NCBI GenBank assembly: GCA_051294905.1
Contig: CM119372.1
Coordinates: 2,606,001 to 2,670,000 of the forward strand
Direction: 5' to 3'
Length of the DNA: 64,000 bases
Origin: Botryllus schlosseri
Lineage: Eukaryota
Shown here: in pieces, positions 39,303-52,520 of the stretch
How positions within the stretch are numbered: the first letter of the stretch is position 1
Layout of the letters: the number at the start of each line of letters is the position of its first letter
Notes under the pieces: generated by a model
What the model saw: only the letters and a program-made list of their open reading frames with translations
Database searches by the model: none
What the model was told of the DNA's origin: nothing
Program-made: the position numbers and the translations under genes

Positions 39303-40274
39303 CCACCAAGTCGATGTTCACGCCTGTGCAAATATGCAATGCCTTCTTCTTGCGCTTTTTGCGTTCCTCGATGTACGCGTTGTCATTATTTTGAAGTATT
39401 TTATTTATTGTACTTGCTCTACAGAGATTGAAATAAAATTCCTGAAATATTGTCGCGATAGGAGGGGTTCGTTTTGTGCCGTCAGTTACTTCAGGAAGTT
39501 TTTATTTTGTAATGTCAGGGCCGGTGCAACAACCACCTCGTAACGCATATTTTATTCCGGATATGTCATCGGCATTCTAGACAGGGCTTAACCGTACCAG
39601 GGCTTGTTTCTTTTTTACTTTGTCATCGTAACTTCATTCCAGGCAGGGCGCAACCGGCAGTTTTCACACATAGAAAGAAATACCATGATTACTGCACGTA
39701 ACATTCCATGGATATTTGACCAATATTTGCCTGATGTATATCAGGTATTATGTTGGCCTTCACTCTCCATTATAGTTACCTGTCCGTTAGAAATACATAC
39801 TCAATCCCTCGTAAAATGGTATAGGGTTGCGATGGGCACAGGGTTTCATTGTGCTACATCTTTTAATTAATTTCGTTGAGAGTTATAGCGAGTTCATTGA
39901 AGCAAGAAATGCTCCACCGTTTCTGTTATGCCACATATTGTACAAAGGTCATCGTCGTGATAACCTATTCTATGTAAGTAGGCTGTTCAGTTTGCAATGA
40001 TCTGTCTGAAGTCGTTTCAGTATCCATGATTTCCTTCTCCTTCGTTCCAGTGGTAGCGAATCTTGTGAGCGGCGTATATTCGCTTGTGGAGATTTTTGGA
40101 ATCATTTGACTTTGATTCGTTTGTCCATCTTATATGTTTAATTATAATTTATTTGGCAATTGTTGAAGCTGGTCGAAAAAGATGTCATATCGTCTTTAAG
40201 TTCAATTCAATTCAACAAAATTGATCATTTCAATGCACCACAAGACTGCGATACAATAAAAGAGGGAAAGGTGT

Positions 40275-40510
40275 CGAAACGGCTTGGAGTAGTCTTCGAA
40301 ATCAGACGTTCACCTAGCCTAGGCGATGTAAAAAAGAAGGCATGCACACTGAATGAAAAGTAAAGGAATATAATATAAATAGACAGGTGACAAGAAAAGG
40401 TGGCATGTGTCGGAAGGCGAGATCGATATGTCAGGTCGTGGTACGGTAAACTAGAGGGCTAACTAGTATTCAGTCCATAGAAATTGTTTGTATTTCGACT
40501 TGAATGTGGA
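40275..40510. repeat. Unclassified ~240-bp interspersed repeat (copy 2)
   Basis: Colinear with 27225-27460. Confidence 0.75.
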
Positions 40511-40530
40511 CATGCCCGATGACTGTCGGA

Positions 40531-40954
40531 TAACATAACATAACATAACATAACATAACATAACATAACATGGTTGGGTTATATTTTTGATCTGAACAAG
40601 TCACACACAATGTACAATGCGATAAGACACAATGCGATGTCATGAACAGATAGGAGGATGTCGAACGACACGCATCAGTAGCGATCCTTTACTCTAACAT
40701 CCACCTCGGCCTAGAGTGCCCGATGTCACAGTTCTTTTTCGATGTTGATCTCTTTGAAGCCGCGGCCCTCTCTACCAGTTCTTTCCATTCATTGTGAGTG
40801 CTTTCCTTCGTCGGATCTTTGTCTGGGCTTTTTTGTCGCCGTAAGAACGGCAACGGCAGGGTAAGAGGAGCCCAGATAAACCTCCGACGGGAATCGAACA
40901 CGTTCCGTCTGCGTGCCGGGCGCTTATCGTAACCACTACACTATCTCCCCCGGA
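40531..40954 (-). mobile_element. tRNA-derived SINE family S3 with (TGTTA)8 tail
   Basis: Minus-strand head GGAGATAGTGTAGTGG...GTTCGATTCCC; (TAACA)8 at 40531-40570; decayed body copy at ~26625-26750. Confidence 0.78.
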
Positions 40955-41653
40955 TCATTGACTTTTGGTTGCGTTTGAGATGTCGCAGCTTCCTGGCGAC
41001 TCAAACGGAAGTATCACCCACAAAAGTGCTTCCTCCAATTTGATTAATTGATAAAAACATGAGGTATGCGTCACTGCTATATCGCAATCAAGAAAAAGGG
41101 TTCGAAGGCAAACCACACGCTTTATATTAGTGCCATGCAATGGATATGATACCAGCGCGCGGCAAATACAAACGCCAACGGCTTTCGCCAGGTGATGCTC
41201 GTGCCGCGTTTTTGAGGAAATGTGGCTGTTGATTGCTTGGAGTGTCGCGCGTTCATTAAACCGGGGGCGAGGAAATGCTTTTTCCCGCGCCCCAGAATTT
41301 CGTGGGCAAGAAAGTTTTTTTTTTTTAATATATCCTATGTTAACACGTTAGCAGCTGCTCTCTCCTTCCGCAAAATATTGCGAAACGTGGCACATAAAAA
41401 CGGAGTTGGGAAACTACAAAACAGTCAGCTTTTCCAAAGTATAATAGGAATCGAATACCTGAATTCGCAAAAATTGGAGATTCAAATAAATCCCGAATTA
41501 TAAAGAAATACAACAAAAATCAAGATCAGTTCATATCAAATCAGAGTCCATTCTCATAGGCACGGCAATGGCAAATGTCTGTACACCGAACTTGGCTCGT
41601 TTCTCCCTATACAGTTCTCCTGTAACATGTTCAGCAATACCAAAAATCAGATT

Positions 41654-43478
41654 TAGGGCTGGGCAAAATCGAGTACCTGAGTGATTCGATTCCGAATCAC
41701 GTATTATGCTTCGAGTCGAGTCGAGTAAACGAGTAGCACGCATTATGACGTCACAACAGCATGTAATGTGTCAAAGTTCAAATATGTACCTTTTATGCAC
41801 CAACAAAGAATATAATGCCTGTTATATTCATCACATTTAAGATACTTCGGTATTTTTCGACCATACAGGTTTCATTGCACTAGTTGACAATATTGTGGGA
41901 TGATCATGACTTCGGAAATGTGCTATTTCCAGTAACGTTCGTAGCTTGGTACTATACAGAGGTGGTCAGTAACGAAGTACTTCTACTTTTTCGAAGTACT
42001 CAAGTAGTATTCCTCTACTTCTGGTACTTACTCAAGTAGATCTGATTTTCGCTACTTCTACTTCTACTTCGTAATATTTTGTGATCTACTTACTTACTTT
42101 TCGCTATTTTCACTTTGTCAAGTAGAAGTAGTTTAATCCTCCAATCAGGAAGATGGCATGACGAATTTCGGGGCTGTTTTCAAGGAGTATCAACATTTAA
42201 TTTTCATAAAAGTTGAGTAAAGCCCAGAATTTTCGTTGCGCTCCGCGCTCAGTGGATACGGAGTAACCAGTATGATTTGACGAAAGTTTCGGTGAATATA
42301 ATTTAGGTAGCGGGTTGGCGTGGTTCCGTTCACACCGCATTGTCGCTCTTCGCCCATGTGAAGTATTTCATCACAGTATATACTGCTTATCATACCGTTT
42401 GAAACTGATGTTTAGCAATCTAGCATTTCTCAATCATATCGTAATCTAGCAGTCCATGGCGTATCCTAATCCGGAAAAGTGGAATCTGACTTTTGTTAGT
42501 TTCAGAGCTGTTTCAGCATACCACCATTGAAACATTCTGGACTAAAGACATATGAAATACATTTTCCGCTTTTACAATTAGTATTTATATTTCACTTTCA
42601 ATTCCCAGTATCATATATTTCGACTTATAATTGATATCAGTTCTTTTGTCTGGATAACATACACGTTGAAGTATAAAAGCAAGTGTAGTAATGTCTTTCA
42701 TTTCCGGAAATAAAGCTACATAATATGGCATTTTTACGTTGCACCATATTTTTTATTCACGTTTACTAATCGCGCAAAGTGTATACTCCGTATCCTATAC
42801 AACTTCTTCGTATTGCTCTTCGACTAAACTACGGGCCTAATAATATGGGGGAGTGCGCCATACCATGATATTTTCTGAAACGTGCTGTTCGATTAAACAC
42901 AGGATTAGTATCGCATTTCCATATTAATACCATCATTTTCATCCCATGATGCGCACGAATGCTTATGCTGTCGAAAATTGAATACCTCGTGGTATGAATC
43001 AATATGAATTAAGCTCGACACCTTTTCGCATAGCTTTTAATATGCCCCTTTTGACAACCCATGCGAACGAATTACGATCGTTTTCACAACTACTTACTTA
43101 CTTGAGTAGATTTAAAGTCGTTCAATTCTACTTCTACTTCAAGTAGTTTTAGGTTGCTTGTGAAAGAAGTACTTCTACTCGTACTTAAGTAAATTTCCTC
43201 GTCGCTACTTCTACTTCTACTTGAGTAGCTTTCTTGGCTACTTTGACCACCTCTGGTACTATATGTTTCGTATGCTACAATACGGTCAATCAAAGTTTCA
43301 AGGCTTCAACAGTGAAAATTAGTATCGAAACCATAATTCTCATTGACAAATTACCTTTCAATGGCGAGGAGCGTATAATTTCAGTACTCGAAAAAATCGT
43401 CTTTTACTACTCGACTCGAATCATTAAAATAAATACTCGATTCAGATTCGAGTACTCGAATCATTGTGCCCAGCCCTA
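41654..43478. mobile_element. Family F MITE hosting family E, itself inserted in a family G element
   Basis: TIR TAGGGCTGGGCA; perfect TSD ATCAGATT; G sequence resumes on both sides. Confidence 0.92.
41957..43255. mobile_element. Family E MITE (reverse orientation)
   Basis: TIR CAGAGGTGGTCA; perfect TSD GTACTATA. Confidence 0.93.
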
Positions 43479-43663
43479 ATCAGATTAGAATTAAAATTAG
43501 AGCATACGGAGACATTTCACAAATTGCATCAGAATTAGATTACCGGCATTACGCTTGAATCGGTCTAATTAGATACCTACAATTATCAAGTTGGCCAGTT
43601 CTGGTTGGTACAGCGACTACGCAGCGAAATCACAACGGCGACATGTGACGAGTGGTTCTAGAA

Positions 43664-44000
43664 CAGGGGCGGGCAACTTCTCCAGTCGGCGGGCCGGATA
43701 AAGGAAAATTAAGTACTTTGGCGGGCCGGATTGCGGAGTTGATACTTTATTCGCCCATTTATCCACATATACAAGGAATAAATCGTGATTAATGAATGTA
43801 TTTTAACGACAGCAATGTAACTTCAAAGCCATTTTTCGCCAATAAGGACGAAGACAAAGTGGATTTGAGAACAGCATTGTCATACAGGCACCACCATGTC
43901 TGCTTCTCTCTGATCAATCAACACACTATGCAATCCTTAATTAAGATTTCAAGGCGTCCGATAAGCCCGGAGCCCCAAATTTACCAAGATATCAATTCAT
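43664..44000. mobile_element. Left part of a Charlie-like MITE
   Basis: CAGGGGCGGGCAAC..GCGGGCCGGAT preceded by TTCTAGAA; matching right end uncertain. Confidence 0.55.
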
Positions 44001-45164
44001 TAGGATTTAGTAGGTTACGAGATAGAGTGGTTGTTCAACTGTGTGGCCTATGTTATCTCGACATTGAATTCGTGTGGCCCACGTCCTCGGAATATGAAAG
44101 TGACCCGCGACCCGTTTTGGGTTGGCGACCCCTGGCATAAGCGGTGTCTGACAAAAGGCTATAAGTGTGCCGTGACACAAGTCGACGGTTATGGAATCAA
44201 AATAAGAAATATCGGCGTGGTGTAAATGACCATTATAGTCGACAAACACCATGATTACCACAAATGACATTAGAGTTGAGTGCATCGTAAATGCCGATAA
44301 TGCAAGTCTTTTCGCTTCGACGAACTTACGCGTAAGCTCCACCCTCGCTCGCTGCGCATATATGTGTATAATAACATACAGTCACTAAAATTTGATGTAT
44401 GTAAGCAAGTATAGTGAGGAATCTCGGAAGACTGGGGCCGCGGGTACACAGTATCATGTAAGACGGAAAACTGTCCACGGGCCGGATCCGGAATAACGGA
44501 ATATACTTCTAGTACTCAAGTTGAGGTTTTGCTTGTACTTGCACTGCTTATTCAAGTGGTTTTGTTTTGAGACTATATTTCCAGTTTTACTTAACATTTT
44601 TCAGGCACGACTACTCACTTTTTAGACTTGAAATTTTGTAAAGCGGAATGTAATTTGGGATATGTTTCCATCATCTTTACGAGTGAGATTGTCATACCAA
44701 CTGGGACGAATAGTAGGGTTACCATATTCTGCGATCTGAAAAGAGGACACTTTTTACAAGTCACAAAAGATGAAGTAGCATTCATTATTAAGAAAGATTT
44801 TGGAATTTGACTGCTATCATTAATGGGTTGACTGTACCGGAGTAAGTGAAGTTATTTTCGAGAATTGCGCCTCTTTGTAGTGTTATTAATCGTTTTGCTT
44901 TAGTCGCTAAAATGCGCCCTGCGATCAAACATGCCCTTTGAAACTACTTACTAGGGTGCTTTTGAGACTTACGGCCCATTTTCTGCTTTCAATAGAAGTT
45001 GGTATGGCTTGTCTGGGACTTCGTAGCATCTACGTGTACCTGAGTAGAAATTTACGACTTTACTTCTACTTCTGTTTGAGTACCAAGGGTGGCTACGTTG
45101 ACCTCGTCTGGAAACCGACGCCGGTCGGTTCTTGAGTCTGTATCGGTAAGCGTCGTTTGTTGAC

Positions 45165-45720
45165 TATGGCTGGTGCACAATGATTCGAGTAATCGAATCT
45201 TAATCGAGTACTCAGTCTAATGATTCGATTCGAATATATTGAGAAATGTTTTTTTCTTTCTGTTAATGCTATGCTTCTTGCCATTAAGAGTTATTTTATG
45301 AAGGGGAATTATAGCTTCGATAGTATTTTCCACTGTGGAAGGCGATGAACGCCGATTGGTGATATCGCGGTATACGAAACATGCAGTAGGCTTACAAAGC
45401 TTCCCAAGTTAGCGGTAATGACATATCTTGAAAATCACGATCAATCCACTCCCACAGCCAATGTTCCCTCTAATTTCGGACGAGTCTGCGCTCACTCACC
45501 AACTCACTGCGCAGACCCTTGGAAAACAGTGCGCAACGACTAAAAAAGAAGGTCATCACTTCGAATTCTTTGTGCGCAACTTAGATTTTCTGTGCGCAGA
45601 GACCGTATCAGCACTGCGCATTTGCGCACGTGCGCAGCTTCGAGGGAACATTGCCCACAGCATTGTCACAAAGGGCAATGAAATGGGTACGGTCGAAAAA
45701 AATACCAAATCGTGAATTAT
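45165..45720. mobile_element. Degenerate family F copy (reverse) hosting a 195-bp MITE
   Basis: GCACAATGATTCGAGTAATCGAATC...GCAATGAAATGGGTACGGTCGAAAAAATACCAAA. Confidence 0.65.
45459..45653. mobile_element. 195-bp hAT-type MITE
   Basis: TIR CAATGTTCCCTC; perfect TSD CCCACAGC; TGCGCA motifs. Confidence 0.9.
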
Positions 45721-46163
45721 ATCAAATCGTGAAAAATACCTAATCGTGAAAAATACCAAATCGGCATTATTCCGAACAATCGCTTGACGAAATTGACCAT
45801 TGTTATGTTCATTGTGTTGCGGGGCTGCTGCCATTGTTGGAACAATGCCGATTTCTATACTTTGGGGGCTGTTTCGGGGTGGTTCCATTGCCCTGACAAG
45901 ATTTTAAGTTGTTTTTCGGAATCGTTGCGACACTAGCTTTCGATTAAGACCAATTATATTAAATTTCAGTGCTCGGGTCGCTAGCTACAGCACTGATTAA
46001 GCTAATTTTAGATTGCTCAGCACTAAGATCCACTGGTTGCCCAAGCGTAGCCACCGTGAAATTGCGTATCTGTCCGTAGATTAGTAATTTAAATAGCTGG
46101 TTCGTGGTACAGAACTTGAATATAGCTTTCAATACAACATCCATTGTAACAGAATATTTATTA

Positions 46164-46200
46164 AACTCGAAGACTTTTCGGGTGCCTCTTTTCAAGAGTT
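46164..46200 (-). ncRNA. Degenerate minimal hammerhead-ribozyme-like motif in the Penelope pseudo-LTR
   Basis: Minus strand reads AACTC-TTGAAAA-GAGGCACC-CGAAA-AGTCTTC-GAGTT, followed by TAATAAA. AACTC/GAGTT pair as stem I; the CTGAnGA core is mutated. Confidence 0.45.
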
Positions 46201-46323
46201 AACGGCACACTAAAGGGATTTAAACAGATTTAAAAGCAAAACCAAAAAGGCAAAGTATGATGCAACAATCAAAATCACAGACCATGAAATTCGCATCGTA
46301 CCAATGGCAACAACAACAAACTA

Positions 46324-47367
46324 TCAAGTATACGGACATACGGTACTATAGAAAACAGCGCAATTCGTAAATAAACAGTTACACGCACGAAACAACACGC
46401 ACTGATGAGAAATTTGTAGGTTATAGAGGAAATCTTTTTGTCTACATAAAATGGGTTTGTTCAACTGAATAATAGTAGACTCCAGCACTTTTAGATGAAT
46501 TAAAGACCTACCACGCGCAATGACATTGAACATATTGTCATCATAGTGCTGCGCACAGGCGAGGTTTTCACTCAAATGCTGACCAATTGACGAAGCATAT
46601 GCTTGGTAATCGTCATAGCAGTCTGTTTTGGCAGCCAATTTGCACTGACGCGCAAGCTCCGTATGATCATTTGCGCATGCTTTTGACCGAATCAATTTTG
46701 GGATATGCTGCTTAATACGCTCAAACAATCTTTGAGATGTACGTCCTACATACCTACTATCACAGCGGCACTTGTATTGGCAAACAACACTACTTGCATT
46801 AAAAGCAGGAAGTACATCTTTTCGAGAGTTGGGCAACAAGGGTTTCGTTGTGTACACCACATGCGTGTTTACGCTGTAATAACAACGGTGAACAGCCGAT
46901 TTAATGAGTTTTTCGAAACGGTTAGACACGTTACCTAGCCAAGGTAGGTGTAAAAATGCCGGGCATTTTTCTGGTCCGTATTTGGGAGCTATATCCGATT
47001 TCTTCAAAACACTAGAGATGGAGCATTTTAATATGTGGTCTGGATAGCCATTTTTGGACAGAATCAAGTGGATATCATCCAATTCGCGTGTCAGTTGTTC
47101 CGGTGAACAGATGCGCAAGGCCCGATTGACGAGAGATAAAATGAGGTTTAATTTACGCCGCTTCGGGCAAAATTAATCCCAACGGATATAATGGCCAGTG
47201 AAGGCAGGTTTTCTGTACACCGACGTTAAAAACGTTTGTCCTGATCTCTCTACTAAGGCGTCTAAAAAGGGAAGGGTAGCATCAGTTTCCTTTTCCACGG
47301 TAAATTGTAGAGCTGGATGGAGACAGTTCAATTTTTCGAAGAAATTATTACACTCTCGCTCATTTTT
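46324..47367 (-). pseudogene. Penelope-like RT (C-terminal part) plus GIY-YIG endonuclease, with one premature stop
   Basis: Translation LNCLHPALQFTVEKE..LPFLDALV..TSVYRKPAFTGHYIRWD*FCPKRRKLNLILSLVNRALRICS runs in frame into ORF 46324..47118, which has VVCQYKCRCDSRYVGRTSQRLFERIKQH...SSIGQHL. TAA at 47173-47175; RT catalytic core absent. Confidence 0.88.
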
Positions 47368-48832
47368 AAAGAGGCACCCGAAAAGTCTTCGAGTTTAATA
47401 AATATTCTGTTACAATGGATGTTGTATTGAAAGATTAGTAATTTATACTAAAACCGAGGTAGAGAGATCTCTAAACTTGATCATAGCAAATCAAATGCTC
47501 CGAACAAACGAAAGATTACAGGCAAGGTCGACAACCGCCTCCAGAGAATGCATTCACCTATTCTTGCAATGCGAAGAAACGAAACCACCTCTAAAGATAA
47601 CATTAGAAGCGTGGGGTGAGATAACCGGACATAATGTGGAAGACCCGAGCATCCTAACGATCTTCCTCGTGGAACCGGAAGAACACCCCATAGAAACACA
47701 CAAAACAACGAAATTTTTCACCAATCGGTGGCCATGATTAATATGAGTCATGATCACCCATAAAGGGTGAACGGGCATGTCAAAATAAGAAAGCCGAAAG
47801 CTGATATTCAAAGAAGGTTTGGAGCAATAAATATTTGCTTACTGGAGTCAAGGCTAAACCGAGTGCCGATCAGGTCGTCGTTTTTAAGGAGTATAATGCA
47901 AGTCGGTCATATGACAAGATCACTAAGACATACACTCGGTCAAGGAAGAATTACAAAAGAATTGCAAGCTTCGCATCACAACAGGGCTATTTCGCAAAGC
48001 TACACAGGGCTCCGAAGGCAACGACCAACTCAATAAGCTGTGCAATATCCCAAAACGATAATATTGTATTGATAGAAAAACGCGGGTAGGGGCGGACAGG
48101 GATTTAAAGAGAGTTCAAAGGGTATCATATTTAACATTGTTTCGAAATATGACGGCAAATACATATTACATCAGGTAATTAACCCTCGCTTTTTCATTTC
48201 CTAATGTCAACACATCCACTGAGCAGCATAATAGCGTAATTCACTGCTTCCAATTTAGAAATAAAATTATTGCGCTGGAGAACACATGCAGCTACATTTT
48301 TTGACTCGGCCCGCCCACGTATTTTCTGCTTCTCATTGGCCCGCGGAGAAAAATAATTGCCCACCCCCGATTTTGAACATTTCTGCCAGTAAGCTATAAC
48401 AATATTATATACTTTGACTCCATACCGTCATCTTGTGACGCAACGAATATTACCGATACTTATTGCCTTTTTTGACCGATAACGATATTTCGTTCAAAGT
48501 GTGCGAATCGATATTAATCGGTATGGCTCTACTCAAGACTGTGTTTTCATTAAGTGTTCAGCCGGGGCCTACGATACTTATCGTAACAGAATCCCCGGTT
48601 CAGCCTTATACGATACCGTATGCATCCCATGATTTCCAATGTACACATCCTGGATGTTATGAAGGAGGAGGCTACAAAGCCTAGAAGAGGGCCGTGCTGC
48701 AAGTCCGCAGTTAAGGAATGACAACAAAATATCGACGTAGTGTAAATGGTCACTGTAGCCGAAAATCACCATGACTATCACAAACTACAGCAACAACAAC
48801 AACCGACTGTAGTTAATTTAGTGCCTTACTGG

Positions 48833-49283
48833 CCAGACTAGGATCAGCTTTTCTTAATTAGATTAGAATTAAAATTACAGCTACAAAATGTTTTTTTTAA
48901 TTGGATTATGATTAGAATTATCGCTTCACAGTTATTTCCAAATTAGATTAAAATTAAAATAATAGCTACACAGTTTTTTCAAATTCGATTAGAATTACTG
49001 AATTCGCGAAAACTTGAACATTAACTCAAGTTCCTTTATTATCAAATCATAGTGTTCATTGAAAAGGGCACGAGAATAGCAAATGTCTTTAGAGCGAGCT
49101 CATGGCTCGTTTCGCACTGTACAGTTCTCCTGTAGCATTTACAGGAGAACCAGAAATTAGATTAAAATTAAAATTAGAGCATAAAGAGATTTCACAAAAA
49201 TTAGATTAAAATTTGATTATCGACATTTCGCTCTAATTAGTCTATAATTATACAACTAGAATTATCTAGTTGCCAATGTCTGG
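48833..49283. mobile_element. Family G element
   Basis: ATTAGA arrays flanking the conserved core; homologous to 28610-28990. Confidence 0.7.
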
Positions 49284-52169
49284 CGTAAGCATTCATGTTC
49301 AGCAAGCGTCGTAAGCTACAGCGGCAAACAAAGGGTTAATATGTAACGGGGAAAACCAATGTGTACCGTCGAGGGTTTGGAATGTTTGACTCTCGCACAA
49401 AGGAGACATCTCAAAATAGATTTAGCCTATTCAGGGCAAATACCTCGTCCGGGCATTTAATTTCAAAATATTGACCCCCGCAACACGCAGCGATATTTCA
49501 CCAGTACGCGAAATCCAATAGGCCAAATTGCGATGCTCCTATTTCATTCCGTTATGGGGAGGCTTACGAACAAATTCATTAGATATGGCGCTATTATATA
49601 GAGTTATACACTTACATATGTGCTATAAAAGAGCCGATATATGGATGCTTGGTAATAAAGCTCCCGAATATACGCTAGCGCGAATGTAACATGTGACTAT
49701 AACTTCTGATCAGCTTGCCGCAAGACGTTGTGGTCTGCGGTAAGCAATTATCGAAGTATAGTCTCAATTCCGACCCCAATGGTAGCCTACATTTTTAATA
49801 GTCAGGATGGGTATAGTGGGAATACTATTATATCATGCGTTACTATGCTTCATGAGCCGGTTTATATGCCGAAAAACATCAAGGACACAAATAAAAACGC
49901 CCAATTCCCATTAATCTAGTTTGGACAATAGTTGGCACTTATCCGCTTTGGCGCTTAATATGACAGGAAGGAAGTGTGGAATTCTACGGCGTCGTGACTA
50001 GGTGAAAGGCTGGCATCACAAAATATCACGGACAACAATAACAGGCTGCCTCTGTGGGAGGGTATGGATGGGTGACATACGCCTTGAAGGTGGCAACTTT
50101 CAGTTTCATTAGAGGCTCTCGAGTATGTGTTGATCGACGGCAGATTTTGGTGCTGCTGACCATCGTGTGTTCGTGTGTGAGAAATACCAGTACAGTTTTG
50201 GTGAAACTCCTGAAGTTTCGTCATTACTAACCTGTGGTCATCATGATATTTGGTGATACGATTGTTAATATAGGAAGTTCATTTCAATTCTCCATTAGTG
50301 GATGACGATTACCCCTGACGAGTGTCAGCTGAAAATATTCGTGTTTATTTCAAAATGAATATATTATTCAATTGTATATTGAAGTTCTATACCTCTAAGA
50401 AGCTCTTAAACGTGATTAGATATAGATATCTTCCCTTTCGTGTTTCATGTACGAGTGATAATCCAGCAATTGTACAGGGCTGTACAAAATTACTTCCACG
50501 GATAAACCAAGCACTACATGACGCAATCAAAAGATACTGGCAAGCTTCTGTTTTCATGACGATATATATAAGTGGAATTGCATGTTCTATCATTTAATAG
50601 CGCAATGCTCGCCATTTTGTTCCTAATCGCCAGGAAAAGAAGTTCGGAGTGTCGGGTTTCTACTCCGGCGAATCGTTGTACCACGCGAGGCCGATGTAAC
50701 CGCGAGAGATATTGCGCCACTCGCGCGCAATTCATTGGCGTGTTTAGACTTGCCTGGCGCACGTTGTCTTATTATTCAATCGATCCTTGCTTCTCCACGC
50801 GAGCTTCATTACCGTACCATAATCGCAGGTAGATTGAATATGTTGTTGGTATCAGTGCAGGAAGAAAATATCTGACTGTTTGCTACAGTTCAGCGTATTA
50901 TTCCACATGATTGTCACGGGTATACGATGATTGAAGTCATTCGAAAATTTACAAGTAAGTTGGCGTACATAAACATTGTTGTCTTGTGAAATCATACAGC
51001 TAATAGCATATTTACTTGATTTTCGGATATCACATGTGTGCCAGTGTGCGTATTAACGCCGAGAAGCTTTTGTGCAGGTTTAGATGTAGTTTCTGTTACT
51101 CGAGGAATGCGTGCTTCGTGAGGAAGGAATGAGTCTTCTCATTGTATCGCAATCTTGTGATGTTGTTACAAGTATTAAAAATAAACTCAACGCAACAAGT
51201 TGGTGTCTATTGCGCGATTCTTGTAGTTGAAAGACTATACTGATGTCATGTGCGCCTTCACAGCGTATGGTATCATTACGAATAGTCTTAACCTCGTGTG
51301 ATTGCGACATCACGGAAGCCATCGCACGTTACCCAACCGTGTGCGCTATTAGGAATATTATTGAGACGACATTGATGAAAATGGATCAGGAATATTCACC
51401 AAGCAAGTTGGAATGCCAAGAATGTAGGGGAAGATATGAACTCACTTGAGGTTGATATCGGTGTGCGCTATAACTTTATAAAAAGATCATTATATCCGCG
51501 TAAAAGAAATTACGTCACGTGCGAGCCATACATTGCGAATCCTAATTCTGTGTACCGTCTAAAGCGCGTAACCTTCGTGCCGGAATGATTGGCGACAAGT
51601 GGTAATTTTGCTTTGTTTTTGGAAAAATAAACACGTGCACTGGCATTTATGAAGTATCAGTAGTCAGTAGTCAGGCACGAAGCGTTATAAATGTTTGCTG
51701 TTGTCTGAGTTGCTTACCAACATGCTTCTGCATCTGACATGATCGACGGATGAGGTTGCTTGTCCATCAGAATTAGCTTAATCACTCGAATATCCGACCG
51801 CTATAATAGTGAAGCCGTTCAGTAACACATCAGTATGATGACCACCAATTGGCGAACTGTTCAAAGCATAGGACGCAACGCAATACAGCTACGTCGCACG
51901 ACTCTGTATGTAGAGTCGGGTGACAACTGCAAGCTCGCACTGCAACTTATAGATAGGGTTACATTTTTTTGGTGATACGAAAAGGAGGACACAGAACGGG
52001 AGATTTTCACGGAAATGGTGATCGGTCGCGGATTGACTAGAAAGGGTATTTTCTTCCGAGCCGGTGCCTGAAAACCGGTTGGGCGTCCTCGGACAACATT
52101 TCAGTTTTCTTGAAAAAAGGGGCAAATCCTGTTTAAAGAAGACATATGTTCACCCTAACTTAGACAAGT

Positions 52170-52520
52170 GCATAATTCTAAACTATGCGAAATGAAGGTA
52201 TGCTACTTATAAGATAATTTGTGAAATGTGTCTATGCCCAAATTTTAATTATAACCTTATTTCTAGTTTTCCTGTAAATGGTTCAGGAGAACTGTGCAGT
52301 GCGAACCGAGCCAAGCCTGGTGTACAGACATATGCCATTCTCATGTTTAGGACAACGAACTCTGTTTTCATGTGAACTGAACTTGAGTTTCGTTGTATTT
52401 CTTTCTTAATCAGAATTTGGTGCGATTTCCAAGTTTTTGCGAATTTTGTAATTCTAATTCTATTGTAATTTGGAAAAACAATGTTGTAATAATTTTTATT
52501 CTAATCTAATTTGCAAAAAT
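52170..52520. mobile_element. Family G element (reverse)
   Basis: AGGAGAACTGTGCAGTGCGAACCGAGCCAAGC core plus TCTAAT arrays. Confidence 0.65.

Larger units (their letters stand above)
45900..47433 (-). mobile_element. 5'-truncated Penelope-like retroelement with inverted pseudo-LTR
   Basis: Carries RT C-terminal and GIY-YIG coding sequence. 46126-46191 is repeated as a perfect 66-bp inversion at 47368-47433, at the truncation point. Left boundary is approximate. Confidence 0.88.

Noticed and set aside
24695..43478. The two F+E composites as evidence of a segmental duplication with the lipocalin genes
   Set aside because: E sits at different positions in F with different TSDs, the F TSDs and orientations differ, and the lipocalins are far more diverged than the MITEs.
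43664..48369. One 4.7-kb hAT element enclosing the Penelope insertion
   Set aside because: The ends resemble each other, but the flanks match only 5/8 (TTCTAGAA/ATTTTGAA) and this TIR type is shared by several families.
49970..50260. C-type-lectin-like FVCEK motif
   Set aside because: Multiple stops and no other convincing lectin motifs in frame.
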